Shown: piece by piece, positions 39,327 through 48,617 of the stretch
Numbering within the stretch: the first letter of the stretch is position 1
Layout of the letters: every line of letters starts with the position of its first letter
Assembly (NCBI GenBank): GCA_035530075.1
Contig: DATKVM010000002.1
Location: 103,348-167,347, forward strand
Direction of reading: 5' to 3'
Source: Patescibacteria group bacterium
GTDB lineage: Bacteria > Patescibacteriota > Microgenomatia > UM-FILTER-40-11
DNA: 64,000 bases
Made by a program: the position numbers and the translations under genes
Notes under the pieces: model-generated
Databases searched by the model: none
What the model was told of the DNA's origin: nothing
The model's input: only the letters and a program-made list of their open reading frames with translations

Positions 39327-40379
39327 TTATTTTACCCCTCCCCTAACCCTCACTTTCTGGAGTAAGTTTTCGTCCGCCAACACTTTGGCGCAACCTTTCA
39401 CCGTCACCGTCAAGGGGTCCTCGACCACCATGCAGGGCATTTTCGTGGTTTCCGTCACCAGCAAATCCAACCCGGGCAATGAAGTTATCCCACCAGCCAG
39501 ATATATCCCTTTTTGAGCAATATCACCCAAAAGTTCGGGAGGAGTTTCTTCAATAATATCGGAAATTGCTCCTACCAGCTGATTAAGAATGGGAGCCAAG
39601 GCCTCCCGCACTTCGGCGACATTGACTCGCAGCGATCGGGGTAAACCAGTGGCCAGATCTCGACCCCGAACGACCATTAATCGCTCATCCCGACCTTTAA
39701 TTTCCCAAGCCGAACCTAAACCAATTTTTAAATTTTCAGCCGTCGGCAAGCCAATGAGAATTGAATATTTCAAGCGCAAAAAGTTAATAATCGCTTCATC
39801 CATCTCATCCCCGGCTACCCGGAGAGATTTGTTAATGACAATTCCCCCCAAGGAAATGACCGCCAATTCAGTCGTGCCACCCCCAATATTGACGATTAGC
39901 GCCCCGGCGGCCTCAAAAATCGGCAAATCGGCCCCGATAGCCGTCGCCATTGGCTCCTCAACCAAATAAGCCACCCGAGCCCCAGCGGCAAAGGCGGCAT
40001 CCTGAACCGCTTTCTTCTCCACATCAGTCACCCCTGCTGGGATACTGATCGCCACCTTTGGTTTAGGAATTTTGATATTCAAGCCATGGCTTTGATGAAG
40101 TTTTTTAAAGTAATAAGAAAGCATTCCTAGGGTCGCATCAAAATCGGAAATAACCCCGTCTTGTAAAGGAGGAATCGCCTCTAGCTGCCCTGGCGTTCGG
40201 CCAATCATTTTTTTAGCCTCGCTACCAACGGCAACTATCTCTTTGCTCTTTTTATGGCGAGCAACCACGGTTGGCTCTCGCACCGCTACCCCTTTGCCTA
40301 AAACCATAATCCGGGTATTGGTCGTTCCCATATCCACCCCTAAATCATAAGAAACCAGTCTGAAAAATCTATCCAGCAC
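39327..40379 (-). CDS. mreB: rod shape-determining protein MreB (divergent copy)
   Basis: GVDMGTTNT, EPMATAIGA, NIGGGTTE. Confidence 0.92.
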   Translation of the reverse strand: MLDRFFRLVSYDLGVDMGTTNTRIMVLGKGVAVREPTVVARHKKSKEIVAVGSEAKKMIGRTPGQLEAIPPLQDGVISDFDATLGMLSYYFKKLHQSHGLNIKIPKPKVAISIPAGVTDVEKKAVQDAAFAAGARVAYLVEEPMATAIGADLPIFEAAGALIVNIGGGTTELAVISLGGIVINKSLRVAGDEMDEAIINFLRLKYSILIGLPTAENLKIGLGSAWEIKGRDERLMVVRGRDLATGLPRSLRVNVAEVREALAPILNQLVGAISDIIEETPPELLGDIAQKGIYLAGGITSLPGLDLLVTETTKMPCMVVEDPLTVTVKGCAKVLADENLLQKVRVRGGVK

Positions 40380-40417
40380 AAGATTATTTTAGCATTTTTG
40401 ATGTTATACTAAAACTC

Positions 40418-42511
40418 ATGAAGCTCGATGCCTTTTTCCAAAAAACAATCGCCTGGCTTTTTCCAATTCTTTTCTTTCTAGTACCCCTTTTCTTCACTCC
40501 TTATAATTCCGAACTTTTCGAATTCAATAAAATGCTTTTGGTTTACGCCTTCACCATTCTCATAGTCGGTGCCTGGTGCGCCCGGATGATTGGTCAAAAA
40601 AGGCTCATTTTCCAAAAAACCCCTCTGGACTGGCCCCTTTTAATTTTCTTAATTTCTCAATTTTTAAGTTTTTTACTTTCCATTGACCGGCATACCAGTC
40701 TCTGGGGATATTATTCCCGGTTTAACGGTGGCCTTCTATCCGTAATTGCTTATCTGCTTCTCTATTGGGCGTTTATCAGCAATTGCCAAACCAAGGATGT
40801 CCATAAAATTATTAAAGCTTCTCTAGCGGCTGGCTTAATTATTTCTTTTTATGGCATTCTGGAGCATTTCGGACACTCTTTCAGTTGTCTTTTATTCGAG
40901 GGAAAGTTTAATGTCGATTGTTGGGTTCAGGATGTTCAGGCTCGCGTTTTTGCCACCCTAGGCCAACCCAATTGGCTGGCCGCTTACCTAGCCGTCCTTA
41001 TTCCTATCGCCATCGTTTATCTTCTTTGGGCCAAAAACAAAAGGAACTTTGCTTACTATTTAATACTTAATGCTAGCTACTTTGCTTGTCTTCTCTTCAC
41101 CGGCTCCCGCTCCGGTTTTTTGGGTCTGGTTACTGCCCTCGGTGTTTTGGGAATATTTATTTTTCTCTTCTATCGCCGAAACTTCCGTCCTTTTCTTCGT
41201 CCCTGCTTAATACTTACTACTAACTACTTGCTACTAATCGTTATTTTCGGCTCACCTTTTTCTCAAATTAATCGCTATTTGCCCCGTTGGTCATTTTTGC
41301 CAGAAAAAGCGGTCCCCGCGGTCACGGTCGGAACTCAATTGGAAACTGGGGGGACAGAATCAGGAAAAATCCGCCAAATAGTTTGGCAAGGGGCCTGGGA
41401 AATCTTTCGCCACTACCCGATTTTTGGATCTGGAGTGGAAACTTTTGCCCATTCTTACTACAATTTTCGGCCAGTGGCTCATAATACTGTATCAGAATGG
41501 GATTTTCTGTATAATAAGGCTCATAACGAATACCTTAATTATCTCTCCACGACCGGGATTGTCGGCTTAGGAGCTTACCTTTTCTTCATTGGCTGGTTTA
41601 TTACCCAGACCGTATCCAGGTTTAAAAAGGAACTGACTTCTTCCGATAACCTTAATCCTTACTCCTTAATACTGGCTACTTTCTGCGGTTGGCTTTCCAT
41701 CCTTGTTTCTAATTTTTTTGGCTTTTCCGTCGTCATTATCTCCCTGTATTTTTATCTCATCCCCGCTTTCATTTTCGTCCTTTCTCGCCCGCCAACTGCC
41801 AGCGACCAACCATCTCTACCCTTCACTCTTAGCCGTAAAATTTTGTTTCTCGTCCTCCTGCTTACTACTTTCTACTTACTACTGACTACTATTAATCTCT
41901 GGCGGGCAGATTTCTTTTATTCACTGAGTCAGAAATATAGCAAACAAAATCAATATGTTTCATCTTATCAAAACATAACAAAAGCTATCGAAATTGCTCC
42001 GAGAGAACCGATTTTTCTTAACGAACTTTCCTCGGTCGCCGCCAATTTAGCGATTCTGGCGGCAGAAGAAAAGAAGGCCAGCATGGCTGCCGAATTAACG
42101 ACGGTGGCTATCCATTCAAGCAAAGCCGCTTTAGAAATAAGTCCTACCAATCTTAACTTTGGGAAAACTCAAGTGCGAGTTTTTTATTTGCTTTCCGCCC
42201 TCGATCCTAATTATCTTGAAGAAGCGATTAATAGTCTTCGGGCGGCGATTAGTTTTGCCCCCACCGACCCGAAATTGGTTTACAATTTAGGACTTTTGAC
42301 GGCTAAAGCCGGCCAGACTAAAGAAGCCCTCGCGATAATCGAGAAGGCCGTTGAACTCAAGCCTAACTATGAAGAAGCGCACCGGACTCTGGCACTTTTT
42401 TATGAAGAATTAGGCAATAATCAAGATGCAATTAAACAGCTAGAAGCTATTCTAAAACAAAAAGGGTCCGATCCGGAAATTGAAGCCGAAATCGAAAAAC
42501 TGAAGAAGTAG
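40418..42511 (+). CDS. O-antigen ligase-family membrane protein with C-terminal TPRs
   Basis: ATLGQPNWLAAYL, TGSRSG, GSGVETF, KAHNEYL, TPR-like tail. Confidence 0.85.
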   Translation: MKLDAFFQKTIAWLFPILFFLVPLFFTPYNSELFEFNKMLLVYAFTILIVGAWCARMIGQKRLIFQKTPLDWPLLIFLISQFLSFLLSIDRHTSLWGYYSRFNGGLLSVIAYLLLYWAFISNCQTKDVHKIIKASLAAGLIISFYGILEHFGHSFSCLLFEGKFNVDCWVQDVQARVFATLGQPNWLAAYLAVLIPIAIVYLLWAKNKRNFAYYLILNASYFACLLFTGSRSGFLGLVTALGVLGIFIFLFYRRNFRPFLRPCLILTTNYLLLIVIFGSPFSQINRYLPRWSFLPEKAVPAVTVGTQLETGGTESGKIRQIVWQGAWEIFRHYPIFGSGVETFAHSYYNFRPVAHNTVSEWDFLYNKAHNEYLNYLSTTGIVGLGAYLFFIGWFITQTVSRFKKELTSSDNLNPYSLILATFCGWLSILVSNFFGFSVVIISLYFYLIPAFIFVLSRPPTASDQPSLPFTLSRKILFLVLLLTTFYLLLTTINLWRADFFYSLSQKYSKQNQYVSSYQNITKAIEIAPREPIFLNELSSVAANLAILAAEEKKASMAAELTTVAIHSSKAALEISPTNLNFGKTQVRVFYLLSALDPNYLEEAINSLRAAISFAPTDPKLVYNLGLLTAKAGQTKEALAIIEKAVELKPNYEEAHRTLALFYEELGNNQDAIKQLEAILKQKGSDPEIEAEIEKLKK

Positions 42512-42571
42512 CTGGTTAATTACTACTAATTTGCTTGAGTCGTCCTCTCTCGCCGATTACAATGAAAGCAA

Positions 42572-43657
42572 ATGGCCGAATCACTTTTGTATAAAGAATT
42601 GGGGGGCAAAAAGATTCGCTGTCAGGCCTGCCAAAGAGAGTGCCTTATCAGCGACCAGCAAGTCGGTTTTTGTTTAGCCCGGCAAAATTTAGGCGGGGCT
42701 TTGGCTTCTCTGCTTTACGGCCAAATCACCGGCATTCAAGTTGACCCAATTGAAAAAAAACCTTTTTATCATTTTAAGCCGGGTTCTTTGGTGGCAACTA
42801 TCGGCTCCTGGGGCTGCAATTTCCGCTGCAAACAATGTCTCAATTTTGCCCATTCTTGGGGAGCAACCGAAGAGTTAAAAAGATTAAAAGAAGAAAGAGG
42901 GAAAGGCAAAATCACCAAAACCAAAGCGGCGGAGGAAATTGCTCAAACTATCGTTAATGGAGGTTATGCCGGCATCGCTTTTTCCTACAACGAGCCGACA
43001 ATTTGGGCAGAGTTTGCCAACCAAATTGCCCACGAATTTAAATCGTCTACTAACCGACTAACCAACCAACCCCCTAACAAACCATTTTGTGTCTTTGTCA
43101 CTAACGGCTCCTGGACTAAAGAAACCATTGACCTTTTAGCTCCCAATATTGACGCTGCCAATATCGACCTTAAAGGCTTTTGTGAAGAAACTTATCGGAA
43201 AATGGGGGCCTACTTAGGAATTATCCCGGAAATGGCGGTTTATGCTCAAAAGAAAGGGATTTTTTTAGAACTTACGACTTTGCTTATCCCCGGCATTAAT
43301 GATGACCCGGATGAGTTAAAAGACCTGGCGAATTGGATCGTCAAAGATCTGGGCCCGGATACCCCTTGGCATCTTTCTCAATTCGACCCCCAACTGGCTC
43401 CCGACCCCGAGTTTCAAAAAATTCCCTTTACTACCGCTCAAGAATTAAAACACGCCGCTTCCATCGGCGAAAAAGCCGGCCTGCACCACATTTATATTTG
43501 GGGCCCGGAAGCGGGATGCAATCGTTCCGACACTCTTTGTCCCAATTGCCGCAATATTGTTATTCGCCGCAACGGCGGCTGGCAGCCGAAAGAAATAAAA
43601 ATTAAAAAAAACCACCATTGTCAATTTTGTAACTTTAAGCTTAACGTTGTTCTCTAA
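42572..43657 (+). CDS. AmmeMemoRadiSam-type radical SAM enzyme
   Basis: VDPIEKKPFYHFKPG, GCNFRCKQCLN, AFSYNEPT, AANIDLK. Confidence 0.9.
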   Translation: MAESLLYKELGGKKIRCQACQRECLISDQQVGFCLARQNLGGALASLLYGQITGIQVDPIEKKPFYHFKPGSLVATIGSWGCNFRCKQCLNFAHSWGATEELKRLKEERGKGKITKTKAAEEIAQTIVNGGYAGIAFSYNEPTIWAEFANQIAHEFKSSTNRLTNQPPNKPFCVFVTNGSWTKETIDLLAPNIDAANIDLKGFCEETYRKMGAYLGIIPEMAVYAQKKGIFLELTTLLIPGINDDPDELKDLANWIVKDLGPDTPWHLSQFDPQLAPDPEFQKIPFTTAQELKHAASIGEKAGLHHIYIWGPEAGCNRSDTLCPNCRNIVIRRNGGWQPKEIKIKKNHHCQFCNFKLNVVL

Positions 43658-43765
43658 CTTAGCTTCTAATTGCTACTTGTCTCAGGTGTAACAAATGCAT
43701 ATTATTTCCTTTAAGTGCCTAGCTCTTTGGCACAATTCGACAGCGGGGAAAACGGGAGGCAAAAA

Positions 43766-44221
43766 ATGAGAAGGCTAATGGTTCTTACGGTTCTCGTTGT
43801 TGTCTTGGTTCCTCTCAGTTCCGTCCTGGCCGATGGTGGTTCACCAACGAGTAAGCCGTTGGGTCTGACCGACATTAGTGCCGGGTGGCACGCAGGGATG
43901 ATGGTTATCATTGGGTCTTCTCCGGTGTACGCTGGCCCTTACGGTCAAGAAAAGCTCGGAACTATTCCGGGGGTGGTCAAGGGGCAAATCCCAAGCTTAC
44001 CACCAAGGGTGGTCCGTAACTGGTCCGCTCACCAACTGGTAACCTATGCGGTACCCCTGGAGGTAAACAATAGGGTAGCAGTCTTACCCCTGGGAGAAGC
44101 CTTCGACCATTGGCGGGGAATAGGCTGGGTTCCTAAAGCAAAAGTCACTCCCCTTGCCATCTATCAGGGGCAGTTCGATGAAAGGGAATCTCAACCCTCA
44201 CTCCACCTTTGTTCGCAGTAG
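43766..44221 (+). CDS. secreted hypothetical protein
   Basis: GGAGG SD, signal peptide MRRLMVLTVLVVVLVPLSSVLA; promoter TTGTCT-17-TATTAT at 43677..43705. Confidence 0.65.
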   Translation: MRRLMVLTVLVVVLVPLSSVLADGGSPTSKPLGLTDISAGWHAGMMVIIGSSPVYAGPYGQEKLGTIPGVVKGQIPSLPPRVVRNWSAHQLVTYAVPLEVNNRVAVLPLGEAFDHWRGIGWVPKAKVTPLAIYQGQFDERESQPSLHLCSQ

Positions 44222-44415
44222 CAGACTTGTCCGGCAGAGGGGAAGATAAAAAATCCATCAACCAAAAACCCCGCTGTCGGACATTCTAAACAAAATTCCA
44301 GTCAAGACAAATAAAGAAAAAGAAAGAAAATCAAAAGGAAAGATAGCCAGCAGGAAACGGTCGGAGGGTGCGACGAGCGGTCGCCAGTCACACCCTCCTT
44401 GGTCCCGGGGAAGCC

Positions 44416-44553
44416 CTAGATAATGAGAATCTCCCGGGAGATCAGGATATACAATAGGTATAGGAGAAACAGCTTCTGGAAAAGAGGGTATAGTACATAG
44501 AAGAACAAAGTCAAGACGAGCAAAACACTTAAGAGAACACATACGCGGCGCAT
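44416..44553 (-). CDS. 45-aa hydrophobic mini-protein MRRVCVLLSVLLVLTLFFYVLYPLFQKLFLLYLLYILISREILII
   Basis: Manual translation; AGGAGGAAGG SD; directly follows 44574..44726. Confidence 0.55.
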   Translation of the reverse strand: MRRVCVLLSVLLVLTLFFYVLYPLFQKLFLLYLLYILISREILII

Positions 44554-44573
44554 GGCTTCCTTCCTCCTGAGAA

Positions 44574-44726
44574 TTAGGGGAAAACCTCCCCGGTGGTCTG
44601 CTGGCTCTGGGTGAATACCCCGGTATTTTCTATCCTACTTTGGAAAATGCCCGAGATATTCAACAGAAAGGCAACAATCGCGAACGCTAGAAGCACGACG
44701 ATGAGGTCTCTAGCCTCCTTGCTCAT
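44574..44726 (-). CDS. 50-aa single-TM mini-protein (MSKEARDLIVVLLAF...)
   Basis: AAGGAGAGG SD before ATG 44726; one TM helix. Confidence 0.55.
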   Translation of the reverse strand: MSKEARDLIVVLLAFAIVAFLLNISGIFQSRIENTGVFTQSQQTTGEVFP

Positions 44727-45029
44727 GTCCCTCTCCTTATAGAGTCGTGTAAAACCCATCTTTAACGCCCGTCTCCAGGTCCAAATATCTTAGATCCGGG
44801 AACGAGCGTTAAAGACGCTTCCTGCTGGCTGTCAAAGAACGAAAAACCTAATTTCAAAGTTTTGAGGCTTCCCTCTTGCCTTGTTATTAAGTACTCCTAT
44901 ATTATACTATAGGATTTCAAATTACCGCAATTTCAAGGCTAAATTCACTTTTCCATATCACAGTTGTCGTGATAAACCTTACAGGCTGTTTCTTTAATTA
45001 TCAGCAAAATTAAGGAAAGGCATCCGGAT

Positions 45030-45401
45030 TTGGCCATAATCCGCCCGCCCTATCCCCATTTCTCGGAGGAAGATTTAATTATAAAAGAACTCTTGACCAA
45101 CCGCCAATTTACCGTCAGTGAGATTGCTGAAGCAATGGAACGAGACGAAAGCGCAGTCAGAGAATCAGTCGCATTAATGCTTAAAAAAGGTCTAATTCCT
45201 GTTCCATCTAGAACCGACAGAAAATCATGGATTAAAGATCAGGAGGTCAGGAATTTAAAACTTCGAGGAATGAAAACTAAAGAAATTGCTGCTACCCTAC
45301 AAACTAATACTAGAGATGTCGAAACGAGAATTCAGCGCTTGTATCGACGTGGCGATTTAGAAAAAAGACCTCGTCCATCTTTACCTCGCCAGGCTAAATA
45401 G
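45030..45401 (+). CDS. protein with two helix-turn-helix motifs
   Basis: TVSEIAEAMERDESAVRES and GMKTKEIAATLQTNTRDVET. Confidence 0.6.
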   Translation: MAIIRPPYPHFSEEDLIIKELLTNRQFTVSEIAEAMERDESAVRESVALMLKKGLIPVPSRTDRKSWIKDQEVRNLKLRGMKTKEIAATLQTNTRDVETRIQRLYRRGDLEKRPRPSLPRQAK

Positions 45402-45414
45402 GTATAATTCACCT

Positions 45415-45948
45415 ATGGCAAAAATCATCACTATTCCCAATCCGATTTTGCGGGAGAAATCCAAACCAGTCGTTCTAGATAAAAAGACCCTGGATTTAAT
45501 CAAAACGCTTAAAAAAGCCCTGACTGACGAAAAAGGTGGAGTCAAAGCCGTCGGTCTGGCCGCGGTGCAAATTGGGGCCCCCAAAAGAGTTTTTGTCGCC
45601 TATGCCGAGAAAAACAAGAAGTTTCTGACTTTTATTAATCCGGAAATTGTCTGGTTTTCCAAAAGATTGACCAGTAAAAAAGACCAAAAATACGAGGGCT
45701 GTCTTTCCTTGCCTAATAAATGGACCCAGATTAAGCGAGCCAAAGAAATAAAAGTCAAGTATCAGACGGAAACTGGCCAGATTCAAACCCGGAAGTTTTC
45801 CGGGCCAATAGCGATAATTGCCCAGCACGAATATGACCATTTGGAAGGAATTTTGTTCACTGATCGCGTAATGGAGCAAAAAGCCAAGCTTTATGAGCTT
45901 AAGAAAGATGAAGAAGGAAAAGAGTATCTAGAAGAAATAAAACCTTGA
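45415..45948 (+). CDS. def: peptide deformylase
   Basis: VGLAAVQIG, EGCLS, QHEYDHLEG. Confidence 0.96.
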   Translation: MAKIITIPNPILREKSKPVVLDKKTLDLIKTLKKALTDEKGGVKAVGLAAVQIGAPKRVFVAYAEKNKKFLTFINPEIVWFSKRLTSKKDQKYEGCLSLPNKWTQIKRAKEIKVKYQTETGQIQTRKFSGPIAIIAQHEYDHLEGILFTDRVMEQKAKLYELKKDEEGKEYLEEIKP

Positions 45949-46835
45949 ACGGAACAATAATAACCATGAAACAATTGAAAATCGTCTTTTTCGGCACCTC
46001 CCCCTATTCCGCTCAATTTTTAGACTTAGTCACTAAAAACGGCTTGAAAATTGACCTGGTGGTTGCCGCTCCACCAAAACCAATAGGCCGAAAACAAGTC
46101 TTGACGGAAAACTCCGTAGTTTTATTAGCCAAAGAGTTGAATATTCCTTTCATCACTGATTCAAAAGAATTAACAATGAGGCAATTGAACAATGAAGCAA
46201 TCGGCCTCATCCTCGACTATAACCGTCTTATTCCCCCATCCATCATTAACTTATTTCCTCAAGGGATTATCAACATTCATTTTTCTAAACTACCGCAATA
46301 TCGTGGCCCGGCCCCGGTTCAAGCAACCATACTTCACGGCGATAAGAAAGCCTGGATTTCTTATTTTTTAATCTCTGAAAAGCTGGACGAAGGCCCAATT
46401 TTAGCTCAAACTTCTCTTGGGCTTGAGAGAACAGAAACAACCGGCACTCTCTATCAAAAATTAGTCGCTAAGGCCGCCAAGGAAATATCCCAAATCGTGA
46501 CCGACTACCTGAATAACAAAATTATCCCAAAACCCCAATTCGGGCCTTCTTCGGATACTAAAAAACTAACGACTAAGGAGGCCAAAATCGACTGGAATCG
46601 GCCGGCGGAGGAAATTGAAAGGTTAATTCGAGCCGCTAGTCCCGAACCGGGAGCCTGGACGGAAATTCGACTGAAAACTCAAAACTTAAAACTGAAAATC
46701 CTTAAAGCTCACTTGGAAAATAACCGCTTAATTCCGGACACGGTTCAACTGGAAGGCAAAAATCCGGTCTCTTGGAAACAGTTTCAAGAGGGTTACCCGG
46801 GAGGAAAATTAAGCAACTCCAATTACCGTCTTTGA
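45945..46835 (+). CDS. fmt: methionyl-tRNA formyltransferase (start probably ATG 45966)
   Basis: IVFFGTS, INIHFSKLPQYRGPAP, LDEGPI; follows def. Confidence 0.93.
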   Translation: MNGTIITMKQLKIVFFGTSPYSAQFLDLVTKNGLKIDLVVAAPPKPIGRKQVLTENSVVLLAKELNIPFITDSKELTMRQLNNEAIGLILDYNRLIPPSIINLFPQGIINIHFSKLPQYRGPAPVQATILHGDKKAWISYFLISEKLDEGPILAQTSLGLERTETTGTLYQKLVAKAAKEISQIVTDYLNNKIIPKPQFGPSSDTKKLTTKEAKIDWNRPAEEIERLIRAASPEPGAWTEIRLKTQNLKLKILKAHLENNRLIPDTVQLEGKNPVSWKQFQEGYPGGKLSNSNYRL

Positions 46836-47060
46836 AGTTTCCTCTTTTGCTAGTTTCTGCTCCTGGCGGAGTTTCTTAATGCACTTAGCGCAAAGAGTCA
46901 TCTTGACTCCGTTTAAAGTCACTGGGTGGAGATTCGGCTTAAAAACCCGAACGGTTTTTTGGGCTCTTTTCATCCATTGTCGACCGGCCACCCCCCGATG
47001 ATGCCGGGACTGGCGGCCAACCCGCTTAATTTTAGCACAAATTTCACACCGTTGAGGCAT
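46809..47060 (-). CDS. rpmB: 50S ribosomal protein L28
   Basis: RCEICAK, KTVRVFKPNL, LCAKCIK. Confidence 0.85.
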   Translation of the reverse strand: MPQRCEICAKIKRVGRQSRHHRGVAGRQWMKRAQKTVRVFKPNLHPVTLNGVKMTLCAKCIKKLRQEQKLAKEETSKTVIGVA

Positions 47061-47156
47061 TTCTATACTTTCTTTCCCTTCAATTTAACGATATAATGAT
47101 ATCACAATCATATTTAAGGAGCAATATCGGCGCTTCTTTGAGCGGACAATTTTCCG

Positions 47157-47798
47157 ATGACAGTTATTTTTGCCGTTGCCAGCTTTATTATTTTCATTTA
47201 CTCCATTATTCTCCACGAAATCGCTCATGGATGGATGGCGGAGCGCTTGGGTGATCCGACGGCCAGAATTTCCGGCCGGCTAACACTAAATCCCCTTTCG
47301 CATATTGACCCGCTAATGAGCGTCCTTCTTCCCTTGTTCCTCCTTATCAGTCAATCTCCAATTATTATCGGCGCCGCCAAACCAGTTCCCATTGACCCCT
47401 ACAATCTGCGTAATTCCCAAAAAGAAATGGGGCTTATCGGTCTAGCCGGACCGCTAACTAACCTTCTCCTGGCCATATTGTTTGCCAGCTTGGCCCGACT
47501 TTTAACCGGTAACACCGCTTTAGTTTTCTGGCCGCTTTTGGCTAATGCCACCCTGCTTAATATTGTTCTGGCAGTTTTTAATCTCATTCCTATTCCGCCT
47601 TTAGACGGGGGCCGTGTTTTGATCTCCCTCCTTCCTCGGCGTTACGCCGAGCAGTTAATGAGCCTGGAAAATTTTGGTATTTTTATTGTCCTTTTTTTGT
47701 TTTTATTCCCTAACCCACTCTTTTCTCTTCAAGGAATAATGTTCCGCCTGACTCGCCTAATTTTTAGCCTTATCTTTCCCGGTTTTCCTCTACCCTAA
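47157..47798 (+). CDS. site-2 protease family (M50) protein
   Basis: HEIAH, GRLTLNPLSHID, FNLIPIPPLDGG. Confidence 0.92.
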   Translation: MTVIFAVASFIIFIYSIILHEIAHGWMAERLGDPTARISGRLTLNPLSHIDPLMSVLLPLFLLISQSPIIIGAAKPVPIDPYNLRNSQKEMGLIGLAGPLTNLLLAILFASLARLLTGNTALVFWPLLANATLLNIVLAVFNLIPIPPLDGGRVLISLLPRRYAEQLMSLENFGIFIVLFLFLFPNPLFSLQGIMFRLTRLIFSLIFPGFPLP

Positions 47799-47851
47799 GC
47801 CCTAATTTAATACTTGACTGCCGGAAGCCAATTGGTCTAAAATATCTTCTT

Positions 47852-48007
47852 AGTCCTGCCTAAACGGGCCAGTTTTGAAAAACGCTTTTCTCTACAAGTT
47901 CAATACGTAAGGGGGGACGAAGTCCCTGTACCAAGTTGGCACAGAGCAGTCCACCCACCTGGGTTTCCCAGGGAATAGCGGTCAAAACCAAATCGTTAGG
48001 CGGGGCT
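47852..48007 (+). ncRNA. structured ncRNA copy 1, probable 6S RNA
   Basis: Promoter TTGACT-18-TAAAAT (47814..47843); closing stem AGTCCTGCCTAA/TTAGGCGGGGCT; core GGACGAAGTCCCTGTACC..GCAGTCCACCCACCTGGG. Confidence 0.6.
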
Positions 48008-48106
48008 TTAACTTAAACAAAAATCGCTTTCAAAACCTAGATTTTCTTCAAACATAGAAAAAGTTACTTCTTGACTTCGAGGCTAAATGAGGCTATTATT
48101 TCACCC

Positions 48107-48255
48107 AATCCTGCCCAAAAGACTCAAGTCTGATATCGCACCCCCAATTTAAATTGTTTGGGAGGACGAAGTCCCTGTACCATAATGGTCCAGGGCAGTC
48201 CACCCACCTGGGTTTTCAGGGGAAAGCAATTAAGGCCAATCTTCACGGCAGGATT
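48107..48255 (+). ncRNA. structured ncRNA copy 2, probable 6S RNA paralog
   Basis: Promoter TTGACT-17-TATTAT (48071..48099); closing stem AATCCTGCC/GGCAGGATT; same core as copy 1. Confidence 0.6.
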
Positions 48256-48340
48256 AACTTTACCTATTTTCTGCGAGACTCTTCCTGCCATTTACCTCAA
48301 GCCTAATTTAGGATAAAATATAGTTGCATTCCCGTAGAGT

Positions 48341-48412
48341 GCCGACTTAGCTCAGCGGTAGAGCTACTGTTTTGTAAACAGTGGGTCCTCGGTTCGAATC
48401 CGAGAGTCGGCT
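48341..48412 (+). tRNA. tRNA-Thr(TGT)
   Basis: GCCGACT/AGTCGGC acceptor, anticodon arm ACTGT-TTTGTAA-ACAGT, GGTTCGAATCC. Confidence 0.95.
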
Positions 48413-48617
48413 CACAAATAGCGTGTAGTAATTAGCGTTTAGCATCTGGAAACTAGGCTCAAAATCAGGTAAAATATGCTAAATTTACCACGGGCAAGAA
48501 GTAAGAAAGTTTTAGAATGATTTAAAATTAATCTTCGAGGCGAATCGAATGATGATCTCGAAGATTACCTTTTAGGGAAAAGGCTTGAGGAAAAACCGTA
48601 GGTTTTCCCCAAGAAAA

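Noticed and set aside
44258-44542. 94-aa ORF from the track
   Set aside because: No SD; the overlapping 45-aa frame has a strong SD, and the rest is hairpin and low-complexity sequence.
47852-48255. Riboswitch, SRP RNA or tmRNA identity for the repeated RNAs
   Set aside because: No downstream CDS, no SRP GGAA-loop motif, too short and no tRNA-like ends for tmRNA.
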